A stretch of 64,000 bases of DNA. Source: Planctomycetota bacterium. GTDB lineage: Bacteria > Planctomycetota > J058. The translations under genes were made by a program, and so were the position numbers. The notes below the pieces were generated by a model that was not told the DNA's origin, did no database searches, and saw only the letters and a list, made by a program, of their open reading frames with translations. Of the stretch, positions 37,871 to 46,501 are shown piece by piece. How positions within the stretch are numbered: the stretch's first letter is position 1; each line of letters starts with the position of its first letter. Location: contig JANJTH010000829.1 in assembly GCA_024711205.1 (NCBI GenBank), positions 3,309 to 67,308 on the forward strand, given 5' to 3'.

Positions 37871-38317
37871 ATGAGGTGGATCATGACGATCTTCGTGGTC
37901 GCGCTCGCGGGCTGCCCAGGGGAGTCCGGACAGCGCGAAGGCGGAGCGCGAACCTCCGAGCCAGTCACCCCGGCGCCGGTGCAGAGCTCGGCGCCCCCTG
38001 CGCCGCCCGAGGACGAGTGTGTCTGCTCGCTCTCCGCGGGTGAGCTCTCGGAGCGCGAGAAGTGGCTCTCGTCCTTCGCGTCCGGGGCCAGTCAGCTCCG
38101 GGAGGTACCGGACGGCTTCGAGTGCCGGTTCCCGAGCACCTGGGGCGCACGGCTGCTCGACCTCGTCGAGAAGGAGCGCGCCTGCTGCTCCTCCCTCACG
38201 TTCGCGCTGCAGTTCGAGCCGGAGAGCGGTCCGATCGTCCTCCGTTGCCGCGGGCCCGTGGCGGCAGTGTCGTTCATCAGATCTCGACTCGTCGTGGAGC
38301 AAGCCCGTCGGCCGTAG
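37871..38317 (+). CDS. Hypothetical Cys-containing lipoprotein
   Basis: Lipobox 'VVALAGCPG'. Pro-rich linker. 'CVCSLS...FECRF...ERACCSS...LRCRG'. Confidence 0.45.
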   Translation: MRWIMTIFVVALAGCPGESGQREGGARTSEPVTPAPVQSSAPPAPPEDECVCSLSAGELSEREKWLSSFASGASQLREVPDGFECRFPSTWGARLLDLVEKERACCSSLTFALQFEPESGPIVLRCRGPVAAVSFIRSRLVVEQARRP

Positions 38318-38395
38318 GCCCTCGCCACGCCGACCGCGTCCTCGATCACCGCGGGTCGACGGGATCGGAAGCGGCCGGAGCGCAGCCCCTCCGCT

Positions 38396-39166
38396 TCATG
38401 CCTTGCCCAGCTTGAGGCGGATCGTGCGTGTCTCGCCGCCAACCGTGCGCACGAGCAGGGTGAACTCCTGTCCCGCGGGGATCGCCCCGACGGCGGAGAT
38501 CAGCCGATCGGGCCCCTCGATCGTCTGACCGTCGATGCCTAGGATCGTCATGCCGGCTTCGAGGCCGGCCGCGGCGACGGGGGCGCCCGGCGTGACGGAC
38601 TCGATCGAGATCGACTTCTTGTCCTCGGAGAGCTTGAGGCGTAGCCCGAGGAAGTCGTCGCCGCCGCCGGTGTCGCCGAGCTGGAAGCGGCCCCTGCAGC
38701 CCACGCAACAGAAGTAGTAGGTCTTCCCGTCCTTCTCCAGGGAGATCTCCGGGTTGACCCGCGAGCCGCGGAAGACCGGGCAGTAGAGGTAGTCGGTCGT
38801 GTGGGCGTCGAACGTCCGCGCGTTCTCCTCACTGGCGAATTGGAACGTCACGCCGTTCGCCGTCCGCGTCGCCACCGCGACGGCTGGGTCGAGCAACGTC
38901 CTCGAGACCGGGTCGAACCCCTGCGACGGCGCGTCACCGCTCCCCACCGCCGCCGTGTCCCAGCCCGACGCGCAGCAGGCCGTCTGGTGCCCGGCGCCCG
39001 AGAACGGCGACGAGCCGGGACCGCACGCCGGGTCCTCGCAGCTCTGACCCATGCACGACGCCTCCGCAGGAGCGTCGGCCGACGCCCCACAGCGCATGCT
39101 CCGGAGGCCGACGGCCCCCGCCCCGAACACAGCCGCAGCGACCAGCGTGACGACGGTCCTGTTCAT
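38396..39166 (-). CDS. Secreted YHS/TRASH-like metal-binding domain protein with a C-terminal PDZ domain
   Basis: Signal peptide. Cys-rich 'CMGQSCEDPACGPG...QTACCASGW'. 'GVTFQFASEENARTFDAHTTDYLYCPV...YYFCCVGCRGRF' is YHS/TRASH-like. 'SISIESVTPGAPVAAAGLEAGMTILGIDGQTIEGPDRLISAVGAIPAGQEFTLLV' is a PDZ domain. Lies 4 nt downstream of the merT fusion. Confidence 0.7.
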   Translation of the reverse strand: MNRTVVTLVAAAVFGAGAVGLRSMRCGASADAPAEASCMGQSCEDPACGPGSSPFSGAGHQTACCASGWDTAAVGSGDAPSQGFDPVSRTLLDPAVAVATRTANGVTFQFASEENARTFDAHTTDYLYCPVFRGSRVNPEISLEKDGKTYYFCCVGCRGRFQLGDTGGGDDFLGLRLKLSEDKKSISIESVTPGAPVAAAGLEAGMTILGIDGQTIEGPDRLISAVGAIPAGQEFTLLVRTVGGETRTIRLKLGKA

Positions 39167-39170
39167 GGGA

Positions 39171-40070
39171 TCACTCCTTCTCGTGCGAGGCGCACGACGG
39201 GCAGGGGGCCGGACGCGACGCGTCCGCGGGGCTGGTCTCGCCGACGACGAGACCAGCGAAGCTCGGGAACGCCGCGAAGCCGATCACGACGACGACCGCG
39301 GTCCAGAGCATGACCTTGTTGAACGCCAGCAGGCCGGAGCCCGGCGCCTCGCACGAGCCGTCCGGCGAGCATTCGACCTTCCGGTAGGTCAGACGGAACG
39401 CGACGGCGAGGAGGAGCCCGGCCGCCCCGAGCAGCCAGGGACGATGGGCGTCGAGGAAGCCCGCGACGCCGCCGGCCGAGACGCCGAACGCGACCAGGGC
39501 CAGCGGGAGCCAGCAGCAGGCCGACGACAGGATCGCCGAGGCCATAGCGCCCGCTGCCGCCAGCGTCCCGGCCCCGCCCCGCCCCGTCGGCGGGGGAGTC
39601 GCGGCGCGGGAGTCGCCCTCCGGCTCCCCCTGACCCTGGAGCGCACGTCGCTCCACGGCACGGACGTTCCCAAGGCAGCAGCTCCCCTGGGGGTTCGTCT
39701 CGGCGCAACGATCGAACTCGCGCCGGCACTGCTCGGTGATCGTGTCCGCGATCGTCGATGCGCCGGTGCGAGCGATCTCCGCCTCGATGTCCTCGGCGGT
39801 GTGGCCGAAGCAGTAGCAGAGCGGCCGCGGAGCCGCGGACTCCTTCGTCCCGATGCGCACGCTCACGTCCGAGGACGCGACGCGGTCGCCAGACTCGGGA
39901 TGGTAGTACGCCGTCGCGCAGCCCGCCGCAGGGCAGTGCCTCCAGCCCTCCGTGCAACCGAACGAGCCCAACGCAGCCGGCGTCAAGAGCGCCTGCACCG
40001 TGACCGCCCGCACCGGCTTCCCGCCTGCGCCGCAGCCCGGGCACACGGTGGCCGTCGCGGCCTGGCTCAC
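39171..40070 (-). CDS. merT: MerT-like mercuric-ion transporter fused to an N-terminal cytoplasmic Cys-rich domain (zinc-ribbon plus BFD-like CxC...C)
   Basis: C-terminal half 'LSSACCWLPLALVAFGVSAGGVAGF...RLTYRKVECSPDGSCEAPG' matches the MerT CC pair in TM1 and the C-x5-C loop with identical spacing. N-terminus has 'CPGCG...', 'CYCFGHTAEDIEAEIARTG', 'CRREFDRC...GSCC'. GTG start overlaps the merR stop (GTGA). Confidence 0.75.
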   Translation of the reverse strand: MSQAATATVCPGCGAGGKPVRAVTVQALLTPAALGSFGCTEGWRHCPAAGCATAYYHPESGDRVASSDVSVRIGTKESAAPRPLCYCFGHTAEDIEAEIARTGASTIADTITEQCRREFDRCAETNPQGSCCLGNVRAVERRALQGQGEPEGDSRAATPPPTGRGGAGTLAAAGAMASAILSSACCWLPLALVAFGVSAGGVAGFLDAHRPWLLGAAGLLLAVAFRLTYRKVECSPDGSCEAPGSGLLAFNKVMLWTAVVVVIGFAAFPSFAGLVVGETSPADASRPAPCPSCASHEKE

Positions 40071-40486
40071 GTGCCGACCTTCGTGGCCTTGCCGCTCCGC
40101 TCGTCGAGCACGTCGAGAATCGGGCACTGGCTCTTCAGGTCGGTGGCGCCGCACTGCTCCACCAGCCGCCCGAGCGCGCGCTTGAACGACCGCAAGGTGC
40201 GGAGCTTCTCGTCGATGTCCTTGAGCTTCGCCTCGGCCAGCTCCCGGACGTCCGAGCACGTCGTCGTGCGGGACACGCGGAGCGCCAGCAGCTCGTCGAT
40301 CTCCTTCAGGGTGAAGCCGAGGGCCTGCGCCTGCTTCACGAAGCTCAGGCGGCGGACGTCGTCCGCGTCGAAGTCGCGGTACCCGACCTTGCCGGGACGC
40401 GGGTCGGGCAGCAGGCCGCGCCGCTCGTAGTAGCGGACCGTCTCGACCCCCACGCCGCACGCCTTGGCCAGCTCGCCGATCGTCAT
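40067..40486 (-). CDS. merR: MerR-family metalloregulator with Hg-type cysteine triad spacing
   Basis: Canonical N-terminus 'MTIGELAKACGVGVETVRYYERRGLL'. Cys at positions 77, 112 and 121. Spacing of 35 and 9 is identical to Tn501 MerR C82/C117/C126. The promoter places the transcription start near this ATG, so the mRNA is leaderless. The upstream in-frame ATG (40498) lies inside the -10 element. Confidence 0.85.
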   Translation of the reverse strand: MTIGELAKACGVGVETVRYYERRGLLPDPRPGKVGYRDFDADDVRRLSFVKQAQALGFTLKEIDELLALRVSRTTTCSDVRELAEAKLKDIDEKLRTLRSFKRALGRLVEQCGATDLKSQCPILDVLDERSGKATKVGT

Positions 40487-40494
40487 GCCGAGGA

Positions 40495-40525
40495 GCATAC
40501 GGTCCGTACCTAGGTACGGGGTCAA
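40495..40525 (-). promoter_or_regulatory. MerR-type promoter: -35 TTGACC, 20-bp spacer holding a perfect 16-bp palindrome CCGTACCTAGGTACGG, -10 TATGCT
   Basis: Minus strand reads cTTGACCCCGTACCTAGGTACGGACCGTATGCTcctcggcATG. The long spacer with a dyad operator is the MerR-family hallmark. Confidence 0.6.
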
Positions 40526-40637
40526 GGGACAATCGGCAGAGCGTAGAGCTGCGCGGGTATCAGGGCAGGGGTTGAGCACGATCGAGCATCATGGGCACGC
40601 GGCGCGACGATCTTCCACAACGCGCCGAGGAGCTGTC

Positions 40638-40979
40638 ATGCCGAACGGATGGTGGGACTGGACGCCGAGCTGGAGCGAGAAGGCGCTCGACGACACGATC
40701 GCGCTCTGGGAACCGAAGTACCAGGAGCGTGACCCGAGCGTGAAGCTCACCCGCGAAGACGCGCGGGAGATCCTCACGAACCTCCACGGGTTCTTCGGGC
40801 TCCTCTCCAAGTGGGATGCCCAAGAGAAGGAGAAGCTCGCGAGCGCCGGTCCGCACGAACCGGGCGCCTCGGCCGAGGCGCCGAGCTCGTCGCCGATGCC
40901 CCCAGCGGATCGACCGAAGACGGCCGAGAAGAAGGCCCCGCGTCGGAGGCCACGGCGGAGCCAACCGCCAGGCGGATGA
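40638..40979 (+). CDS. Hypothetical Trp-rich small protein in a lower-GC stretch
   Basis: GAGGAG ribosome-binding site 5 nt upstream. 'MPNGWWDWTPSWSEKALDDTIALWEPKYQERD...'. Confidence 0.4.
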   Translation: MPNGWWDWTPSWSEKALDDTIALWEPKYQERDPSVKLTREDAREILTNLHGFFGLLSKWDAQEKEKLASAGPHEPGASAEAPSSSPMPPADRPKTAEKKAPRRRPRRSQPPGG

Positions 40980-41046
40980 CCGGCGCCGTGCGCGGGGAGC
41001 CCCGGGCCTTGCCGTGGCGGATGCGGATGCCAGCATCAAGCGGGTC

Positions 41047-41973
41047 ATGCCCGAGCTCCCCGACGTCGTCGTCTACATCGAGTGCCTCGAGCGGCGCGTC
41101 GTCGGGCAGAAGCTCGAGCGCGTGCGGATCGCGAGCCCGTTCGTCCTGCGCTCGGCCGACCCGCCGATCAGCTCCGCCGAGGGGAAGTCGGTCCGCGAGG
41201 TCCTGCGCCTCGGGAAGCGGATCGTCTTCGTGCTCGAGGACGACCTGTTCCTCGTCCTGCACCTCATGATCGCGGGCCGCCTCGCGTGGGCCGACCGCGG
41301 CGCGAAGATCCCCGGGAAGATCGGCCTCGCGGCGCTCGACTTCACGACCGGGACGCTGATCTTCCGCGAGGCCAGCACGAAGAAGCGCGCCTCGATGCAC
41401 CTGGTCCGCGGCGAGGACGGGCTCCGGCAGTTCGACCGCGGGGGCCTCGAGGTCCTGACCGCGAAGCTCGCCGACTTCCGGGCGGTCCTCGCTCGCGAAA
41501 ACCATACGATCAAGGTCGCTCTCGTCGATCCGACGCTCTTCAGCGGCATCGGCAACGCCTACTCCGACGAGATCCTCCATCGCGCGCGCCTCTCGCCCGT
41601 GAAGCTCACGTCGCGCCTCACACCCGACGAGACGAAGACGCTGTTCAAGGCCACGAAGGACGTCCTGGAGGAGTGGACCGAGCGCCTGCGCGGCGAGGTG
41701 GGCGAGGGCTTCCCCGACAAGGGCGTCACCGCCTTCCGCGAGGGCATGGCCGTCCACGGCCGGTACAAGCAGCCCTGCCCCGACTGCGGGTCGCCGGTGC
41801 AGCGCATCGTGCGCGGCGACCACGAGACGAACTACTGCGCGACGTGCCAGACGGGCGGCAAGCTCCTCGCCGACCGCGCGCTGTCGAAGCTCCTCAAGGC
41901 CGACTGGCCGAAGACGCTCGAGGAGCTCGAGGAGCGCATGCCGCGAAGCGCTCCGCCTACAGCGAAGCGTTAA
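41047..41973 (+). CDS. fpg: Formamidopyrimidine-DNA glycosylase (Fpg/MutM), full length
   Basis: 'MPELPDVVVYIECL' catalytic N-terminus (Pro2, Glu3). H2TH 'FSGIGNAYSDEILHRARLSP'. Zinc finger 'CPDCGSPVQRIVRGDHETNYCATCQTGG'. Confidence 0.9.
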   Translation: MPELPDVVVYIECLERRVVGQKLERVRIASPFVLRSADPPISSAEGKSVREVLRLGKRIVFVLEDDLFLVLHLMIAGRLAWADRGAKIPGKIGLAALDFTTGTLIFREASTKKRASMHLVRGEDGLRQFDRGGLEVLTAKLADFRAVLARENHTIKVALVDPTLFSGIGNAYSDEILHRARLSPVKLTSRLTPDETKTLFKATKDVLEEWTERLRGEVGEGFPDKGVTAFREGMAVHGRYKQPCPDCGSPVQRIVRGDHETNYCATCQTGGKLLADRALSKLLKADWPKTLEELEERMPRSAPPTAKR

Positions 41974-42071
41974 CGTTCTTGGAGCCTCCGCGGCGACTGA
42001 ACCCCGGGCCTGTCGGGGCCATCGCATAGGCTGTCGGTTGGTCGCCACTCGCGACCGACGAACGACAACCA

Positions 42072-45000
42072 ATGAGGGATGGTGCGGTGTTCATTCCTGG
42101 CGAGGCGATCCAGCTGCCAGTCCTCAGACTCGCGGATGCGCGAAGGCGTATCGGCACCATCCAGCACGTCCTTCGCCCCGGCCGGAGCCTCACGATCAAG
42201 GAAGTGTCCGAGTCGCGGCTGAAATCCGGCAGAAAGGCCACACTCCTCGAGCTCTCGAACGAAGAGCGAATCCTGGTGACGCAGCAGAAGACCGCCGATA
42301 GGCCGGATGACGTGGACGCTGTCCTCCGCATCGTTGATGGAGAGGCGCCCACCTGGCTCGCCAGTAAGGTTCAAGACGCCTTCGTTGCGGCGACGGCCTC
42401 TGGGTACTCGAGCCAGGTCAAGGTCATCTCCGACGCTTGGCGCGCGACGTTCCAGTTCCCCAGCTCCGGGCGTGGGAGCGGGCGCCCCTGTCTCCGTCCC
42501 CCGCAGATCGGAGCGCTCCACGCGATCGCCGCGCACTGGACCCTGGGCACCGATCCCGCGACGGTGGTGATGCCGACCGGCACGGGCAAGACCGAGACGA
42601 TGCTCACCTGCGTCGTGGGCCTCGCCTGCAGCCCGACCCTCATCGTCGTCCCATCCGATGCGCTGCGCTCACAGACGGCGCGAAAGTTCAGGACGTTGGG
42701 TCTGCTGCGCCAGCTTGGAGTCCTTCCCGAGGACGCGCCCAACCCCATCGTCGGCATCGTGAACAAGCGGCCTCACTCGAAGGAGGAGATCGCGGAGGTC
42801 TTCGACAACTGCAACGTCGTCATTACTACGATGTCCGCACTGGCCCACTGCGCCGACGAGGGCCTGCTCGAGTCGCTCGAAGAGAGGGTCGACGCGCTGT
42901 TCGTCGACGAGGCCCACCACGTCGCGGCCCCCACATGGAACGCGCTCCGGGACGGGCTGCTCGGACGACGGATCCTCCAGTTCACCGCCACGCCGTTCCG
43001 GCGGGACGGGAAGATCGTCGACGGCGAGGTGGTCTACTCCTATCCGCTGCGCCGGGCGCAGGAGGAGGGCTTCTTCAAGCCGATCTCGTTCCGGCCGGTC
43101 TTCGAGGTCGACGCGGACGAGAAGGACAGGAGCATCGCCAAGGCCGCAGTGGAGCAACTCAACGCCGACCGCGCTCGCGGACTGGATCACCTGCTCATGG
43201 CCAGGTGCGACTCCATCAAGCGCGCCACGTCGGTGCTGGAGATCTATCAGGCCCTGGCCGGCGAGCACTCGCCCTTGCTCGTCCACTCCGACCTGCCCGA
43301 AGTCGAGAAGCTGGTCGCTCAAGTCGTCGCTGGCAAGAGCCGCGTCGTCGTCTGCGTCGACATGCTCGGAGAGGGGTTCGACCTGCCGCAGCTCAAGGTC
43401 GCCGCCGTCCATGACGTCCACAAGAGCTTGGCCGTGATCCTGCAGTTCACCGGCCGCTTCACGCGAAACGGTCCGAGCGACGTCGGCGACGCGACGGTCG
43501 TCGCCAACATCGCCGACGCGAACGTCTCCGAGGCCTTGGAGCGCCTCTACAGCGAGGATGCCGACTGGAATCACCTCCTCAGCGAGCTGAGCTCGACGGC
43601 GGTTCGCGACCACGCCGAGTTGATCGACTTCGTCCGAGAGTCGAAGCGACTCGATGAGGACGAGGTCGAGCCCACGCACCTCGCCATCTCGCCCAGGCTC
43701 CTGCGACCACGCTTCAGCACGGTCGTGTACCCGGGCAAGAAGTTCAGGCCGAAGCGCTTCCACGAGGCCATTCCGGATGGGACTCGAATACACGGCGTCT
43801 GGCTCTACAAGGCCAACACGCTGTACTTCGTCACGAAGACCCCGCTGCCCGTCCGCTGGAGCAGCTCGAAGGAAATCCACGACGAACGGTGGGATCTCAC
43901 CGTCGTCCACTTCGACGAGCCTCGGAGGCTGCTCTTCGTCCACTCGAGCGACAACGGCTCGCTTCACGAGCTGCTCGCACAGGTCGTGCTCGACTCGAAG
44001 GAGAGGGTGAAGCCGATCCAGGGCGACGTGGTGTTCCGCACGCTCGGGAACATCAACCGCCTCCTGTTCCAGAACGTCGGGGTGAGGAAGCATGGGCGCC
44101 GGAACATCAGCTACGCGATGTACACCGGGTCCGATGTCGAGAAGGCGCTCACCGAGGCGCAGACGGCGAACTCGATCAAATCCAACCTGACCGGAACGGG
44201 GTGGGAAGGCGGGCACCCCGTCGCCGTCGGCTGCTCCTACAAGGGACGCATCTGGTCGCAGCGCGGCCACGGTCCCATCCCGCGCTTCGTCGAGTGGTGC
44301 ACGACCGTCGGCACCAAGCTGCTTGACGCCTCCATCGACACGTCGAAGATCCTCACCCACGTCCTCATCCCGAAGGAGATCGACAAGCTGCCCGACGCTG
44401 TGCTCCTCGCGGTCGACTGGCCGATCGAGCTCGTCTCCAAGCTGGAGGAGCACCTCACGGTCGGCTGGGAGGGCAGGAGCAGCCCCTTCGGGGACCTCGA
44501 CCTCGTCGCCGGCGCAAGGCTCGGCGATCGAGAGGTGCAGTTCCACGTCCGCGGCGACGCTGGGCTCGACGCCGCCTTCAGCTTCGAGCTCCACAGCGAG
44601 GCTGGCTTCAAGATCACGCAGCTCACCGGAGCACAGCTCTCGATCGGCTCTGCCCGCGAACAGGTGTCGCTGGAGGGTTTCCTGTCCGAGACACCCCCGA
44701 TCTTCCGCTTCACGGACCTGTCCGAGCTCGACGGGACGCTCCTGACGGTCCCGAAGGACCCCACGAGCACGCCCATCCCGCCGACGCAGTTCTCCGATCG
44801 TTCCTGGCCGGGAGTCGACATCACGGTCGAGTCCATGTGGAAGGACGGCAAGCTTCGCCCGGACTCGATCCAGGGGCACATGGCGAAAGAGTTCATCGCT
44901 GCGGCCCATGACCTCGTGATCGACGACGATGGGAGCGGCGAGGCCGCGGACCTGGTGTGCTTCAAGGAGCACGCGGACCGGGTCGAGCTCGTCCTGGTCC

Positions 45001-45365
45001 ACTGCAAGTTCTCGGGGGCGGACGAGCCCGGCGAGCGGCTCAAGGACGTCGTGGAGGTCTGTGCGCAGGCGGTGCGGTCCGCGAAGTGGGTCTGGCGAAC
45101 GAGGGACCTGATGGCCCATCTCTTGCGCCGGGCGCGGACTCGATTGAAGGCTGGCCGCAATCCGTATCTCCGCGGCTCGGCGGCGACGCTCGGCCGAATT
45201 CAACAGGCGATGAAGTCCAAGCGGGTCGTCGCGGAAATCCTGGTCGTTCAGCCCGGTCTGTCCAAGGCCAACTGCTCGGCCAACCAGACCGCGATCCTGT
45301 CCGCGGCCCACACCTTCTTGCTCGAGACCGTCGAGGTCCGGATGCGCGTGATCTGCAGCCCGTGA
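42072..45365 (+). CDS. Large orphan SF2 (DEAH) helicase with a ~600-aa C-terminal extension of unknown function
   Basis: Motif I 'VVMPTGTGKTETM'. Ia 'LIVVPSDALRSQT'. II 'LFVDEAHHVA'. III 'LQFTATPFRRDG'. V 'VDMLGEGFDLP'. VI 'QFTGRFTRNG'. The tail has a possible PD-(D/E)xK-like patch 'ADLVCF...VELVLVHCK'. Local GC is lower than the flanks. Confidence 0.85.
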   Translation: MRDGAVFIPGEAIQLPVLRLADARRRIGTIQHVLRPGRSLTIKEVSESRLKSGRKATLLELSNEERILVTQQKTADRPDDVDAVLRIVDGEAPTWLASKVQDAFVAATASGYSSQVKVISDAWRATFQFPSSGRGSGRPCLRPPQIGALHAIAAHWTLGTDPATVVMPTGTGKTETMLTCVVGLACSPTLIVVPSDALRSQTARKFRTLGLLRQLGVLPEDAPNPIVGIVNKRPHSKEEIAEVFDNCNVVITTMSALAHCADEGLLESLEERVDALFVDEAHHVAAPTWNALRDGLLGRRILQFTATPFRRDGKIVDGEVVYSYPLRRAQEEGFFKPISFRPVFEVDADEKDRSIAKAAVEQLNADRARGLDHLLMARCDSIKRATSVLEIYQALAGEHSPLLVHSDLPEVEKLVAQVVAGKSRVVVCVDMLGEGFDLPQLKVAAVHDVHKSLAVILQFTGRFTRNGPSDVGDATVVANIADANVSEALERLYSEDADWNHLLSELSSTAVRDHAELIDFVRESKRLDEDEVEPTHLAISPRLLRPRFSTVVYPGKKFRPKRFHEAIPDGTRIHGVWLYKANTLYFVTKTPLPVRWSSSKEIHDERWDLTVVHFDEPRRLLFVHSSDNGSLHELLAQVVLDSKERVKPIQGDVVFRTLGNINRLLFQNVGVRKHGRRNISYAMYTGSDVEKALTEAQTANSIKSNLTGTGWEGGHPVAVGCSYKGRIWSQRGHGPIPRFVEWCTTVGTKLLDASIDTSKILTHVLIPKEIDKLPDAVLLAVDWPIELVSKLEEHLTVGWEGRSSPFGDLDLVAGARLGDREVQFHVRGDAGLDAAFSFELHSEAGFKITQLTGAQLSIGSAREQVSLEGFLSETPPIFRFTDLSELDGTLLTVPKDPTSTPIPPTQFSDRSWPGVDITVESMWKDGKLRPDSIQGHMAKEFIAAAHDLVIDDDGSGEAADLVCFKEHADRVELVLVHCKFSGADEPGERLKDVVEVCAQAVRSAKWVWRTRDLMAHLLRRARTRLKAGRNPYLRGSAATLGRIQQAMKSKRVVAEILVVQPGLSKANCSANQTAILSAAHTFLLETVEVRMRVICSP

Positions 45366-45551
45366 CGGGGTACCCGGAGACGTCGCCCCCACGGGTGCAC
45401 ATCGCGGGCGATCCCACGAGGCGATCGGCCAGCAACGGCGAGAGCTTTGCCGACGCGATCATCGTGCGGCGGTTCCGCGACCAGGCGCTCCGGCTCGTCC
45501 AGGAGCTGCTCGCAGCGCTCCTGCTCGTGAAACCCGGCTGGCTGAGCCGCG

Positions 45552-46370
45552 TCAGCGCACCTCCAGCACGAGGGGCGCGGTGATCACGCGCTCGCCGCGC
45601 TTCACCTGAACCCAGAGCTTGTAGAGGCCCGCCACGGGGAACGTGGCGTGCACCGCGAGTGGCCCGCGCCCGCCCGAGGCGTGCGGCTGGTGGTGGCCGC
45701 CGTGAGCTCCGTGGCCATGCTGGCTCGAGCTCGTGAAGCCGCCGTGGAAGTGGAGGAACTGGCGGAAGTCCGGCGAGATCGCGATGGCGTGGACCGGCAT
45801 GCCCATCCACTCCTCGAGCTCGACGGGCTCGCCCTGGTCGTCGTCGACGGCGATCGAGAGCTCGACGGGGACGTTCGCCTGGAGCGGCGCCGCGAGCGGA
45901 GCGATCGTCAACTGCGTGTCCTGCAGGGTGGCGCGGTACGCCATGCGCCCGTCGAACGCGCTTGAGGCGTCGAGCTGCGCGAAGCCGGACTGCGCGCCGG
46001 CCGGCCACACCGTGGTGCGCAGGACCTGGCCCGCGCCCCCCGTCTCCGAGGCCGTCGGCGTGACCTCCGCGAACAGGGCGTAGGGCGAGGCGCGACCGAA
46101 GTCGAGCTCGACGGAGAAGGAACCGTCGCTTCGGAGCCGCGGGTGGACGTGCTGGAAGTCCTCGAGGTCGTACGTCGTGGCGATCAGGTGCATGGCCTGG
46201 CCGTGGTGGGCCTCGAACTGGGTGGCCTTCGTGCCGTCGGCGCGGAGGACGTCGAGGACCAGGTGGCTCCTCTCGCCGACCACGGCAGGAGGAGACTCGG
46301 TGACCTGGAGCTTGTAGCTGGGCGGGTCCTCGGTCCGGACGTCGCACGCCGCGAGGGCGAGCGTGAGCAT
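45552..46370 (-). CDS. Periplasmic lipoprotein of an uncharacterised His/Met-motif family (paralogue of 58290..59150), putative metal-binding
   Basis: Lipobox 'LALAAC'. Shared motifs with the paralogue: 'MHLIA..DL.DFQHVHPRL', 'MGMP.HAI..S.D.R.FLH.HG', 'GLYKLWVQV.R..R.IT.P.V..V'. Gly/His-rich 'HGHGAHGGHHQPH'. Confidence 0.65.
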   Translation of the reverse strand: MLTLALAACDVRTEDPPSYKLQVTESPPAVVGERSHLVLDVLRADGTKATQFEAHHGQAMHLIATTYDLEDFQHVHPRLRSDGSFSVELDFGRASPYALFAEVTPTASETGGAGQVLRTTVWPAGAQSGFAQLDASSAFDGRMAYRATLQDTQLTIAPLAAPLQANVPVELSIAVDDDQGEPVELEEWMGMPVHAIAISPDFRQFLHFHGGFTSSSQHGHGAHGGHHQPHASGGRGPLAVHATFPVAGLYKLWVQVKRGERVITAPLVLEVR

Positions 46371-46501
46371 GGGCAGGGCGATACGCGTATCGAGCACGGG
46401 TGGCCTCCTTCCGACCTTCACGGAGGCAGACGCGACGACGGCCCAATGATTACAGCCGCCGACGCCGAGGTCGAAGCCGAGCGTGCGCAACGGCCCGACG
46501 C

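Noticed and set aside
40498-40500. Upstream in-frame ATG ('MLLG') as the merR start
   Set aside because: It lies inside the predicted -10 element (TATGCT) of the MerR-type promoter. The second ATG gives the canonical 'MTIGELA...' MerR N-terminus.
42669-45392. 907-aa minus-strand ORF antisense to the helicase
   Set aside because: The sense strand contains the complete ordered SF2 motif set. The antisense translation is low-complexity.
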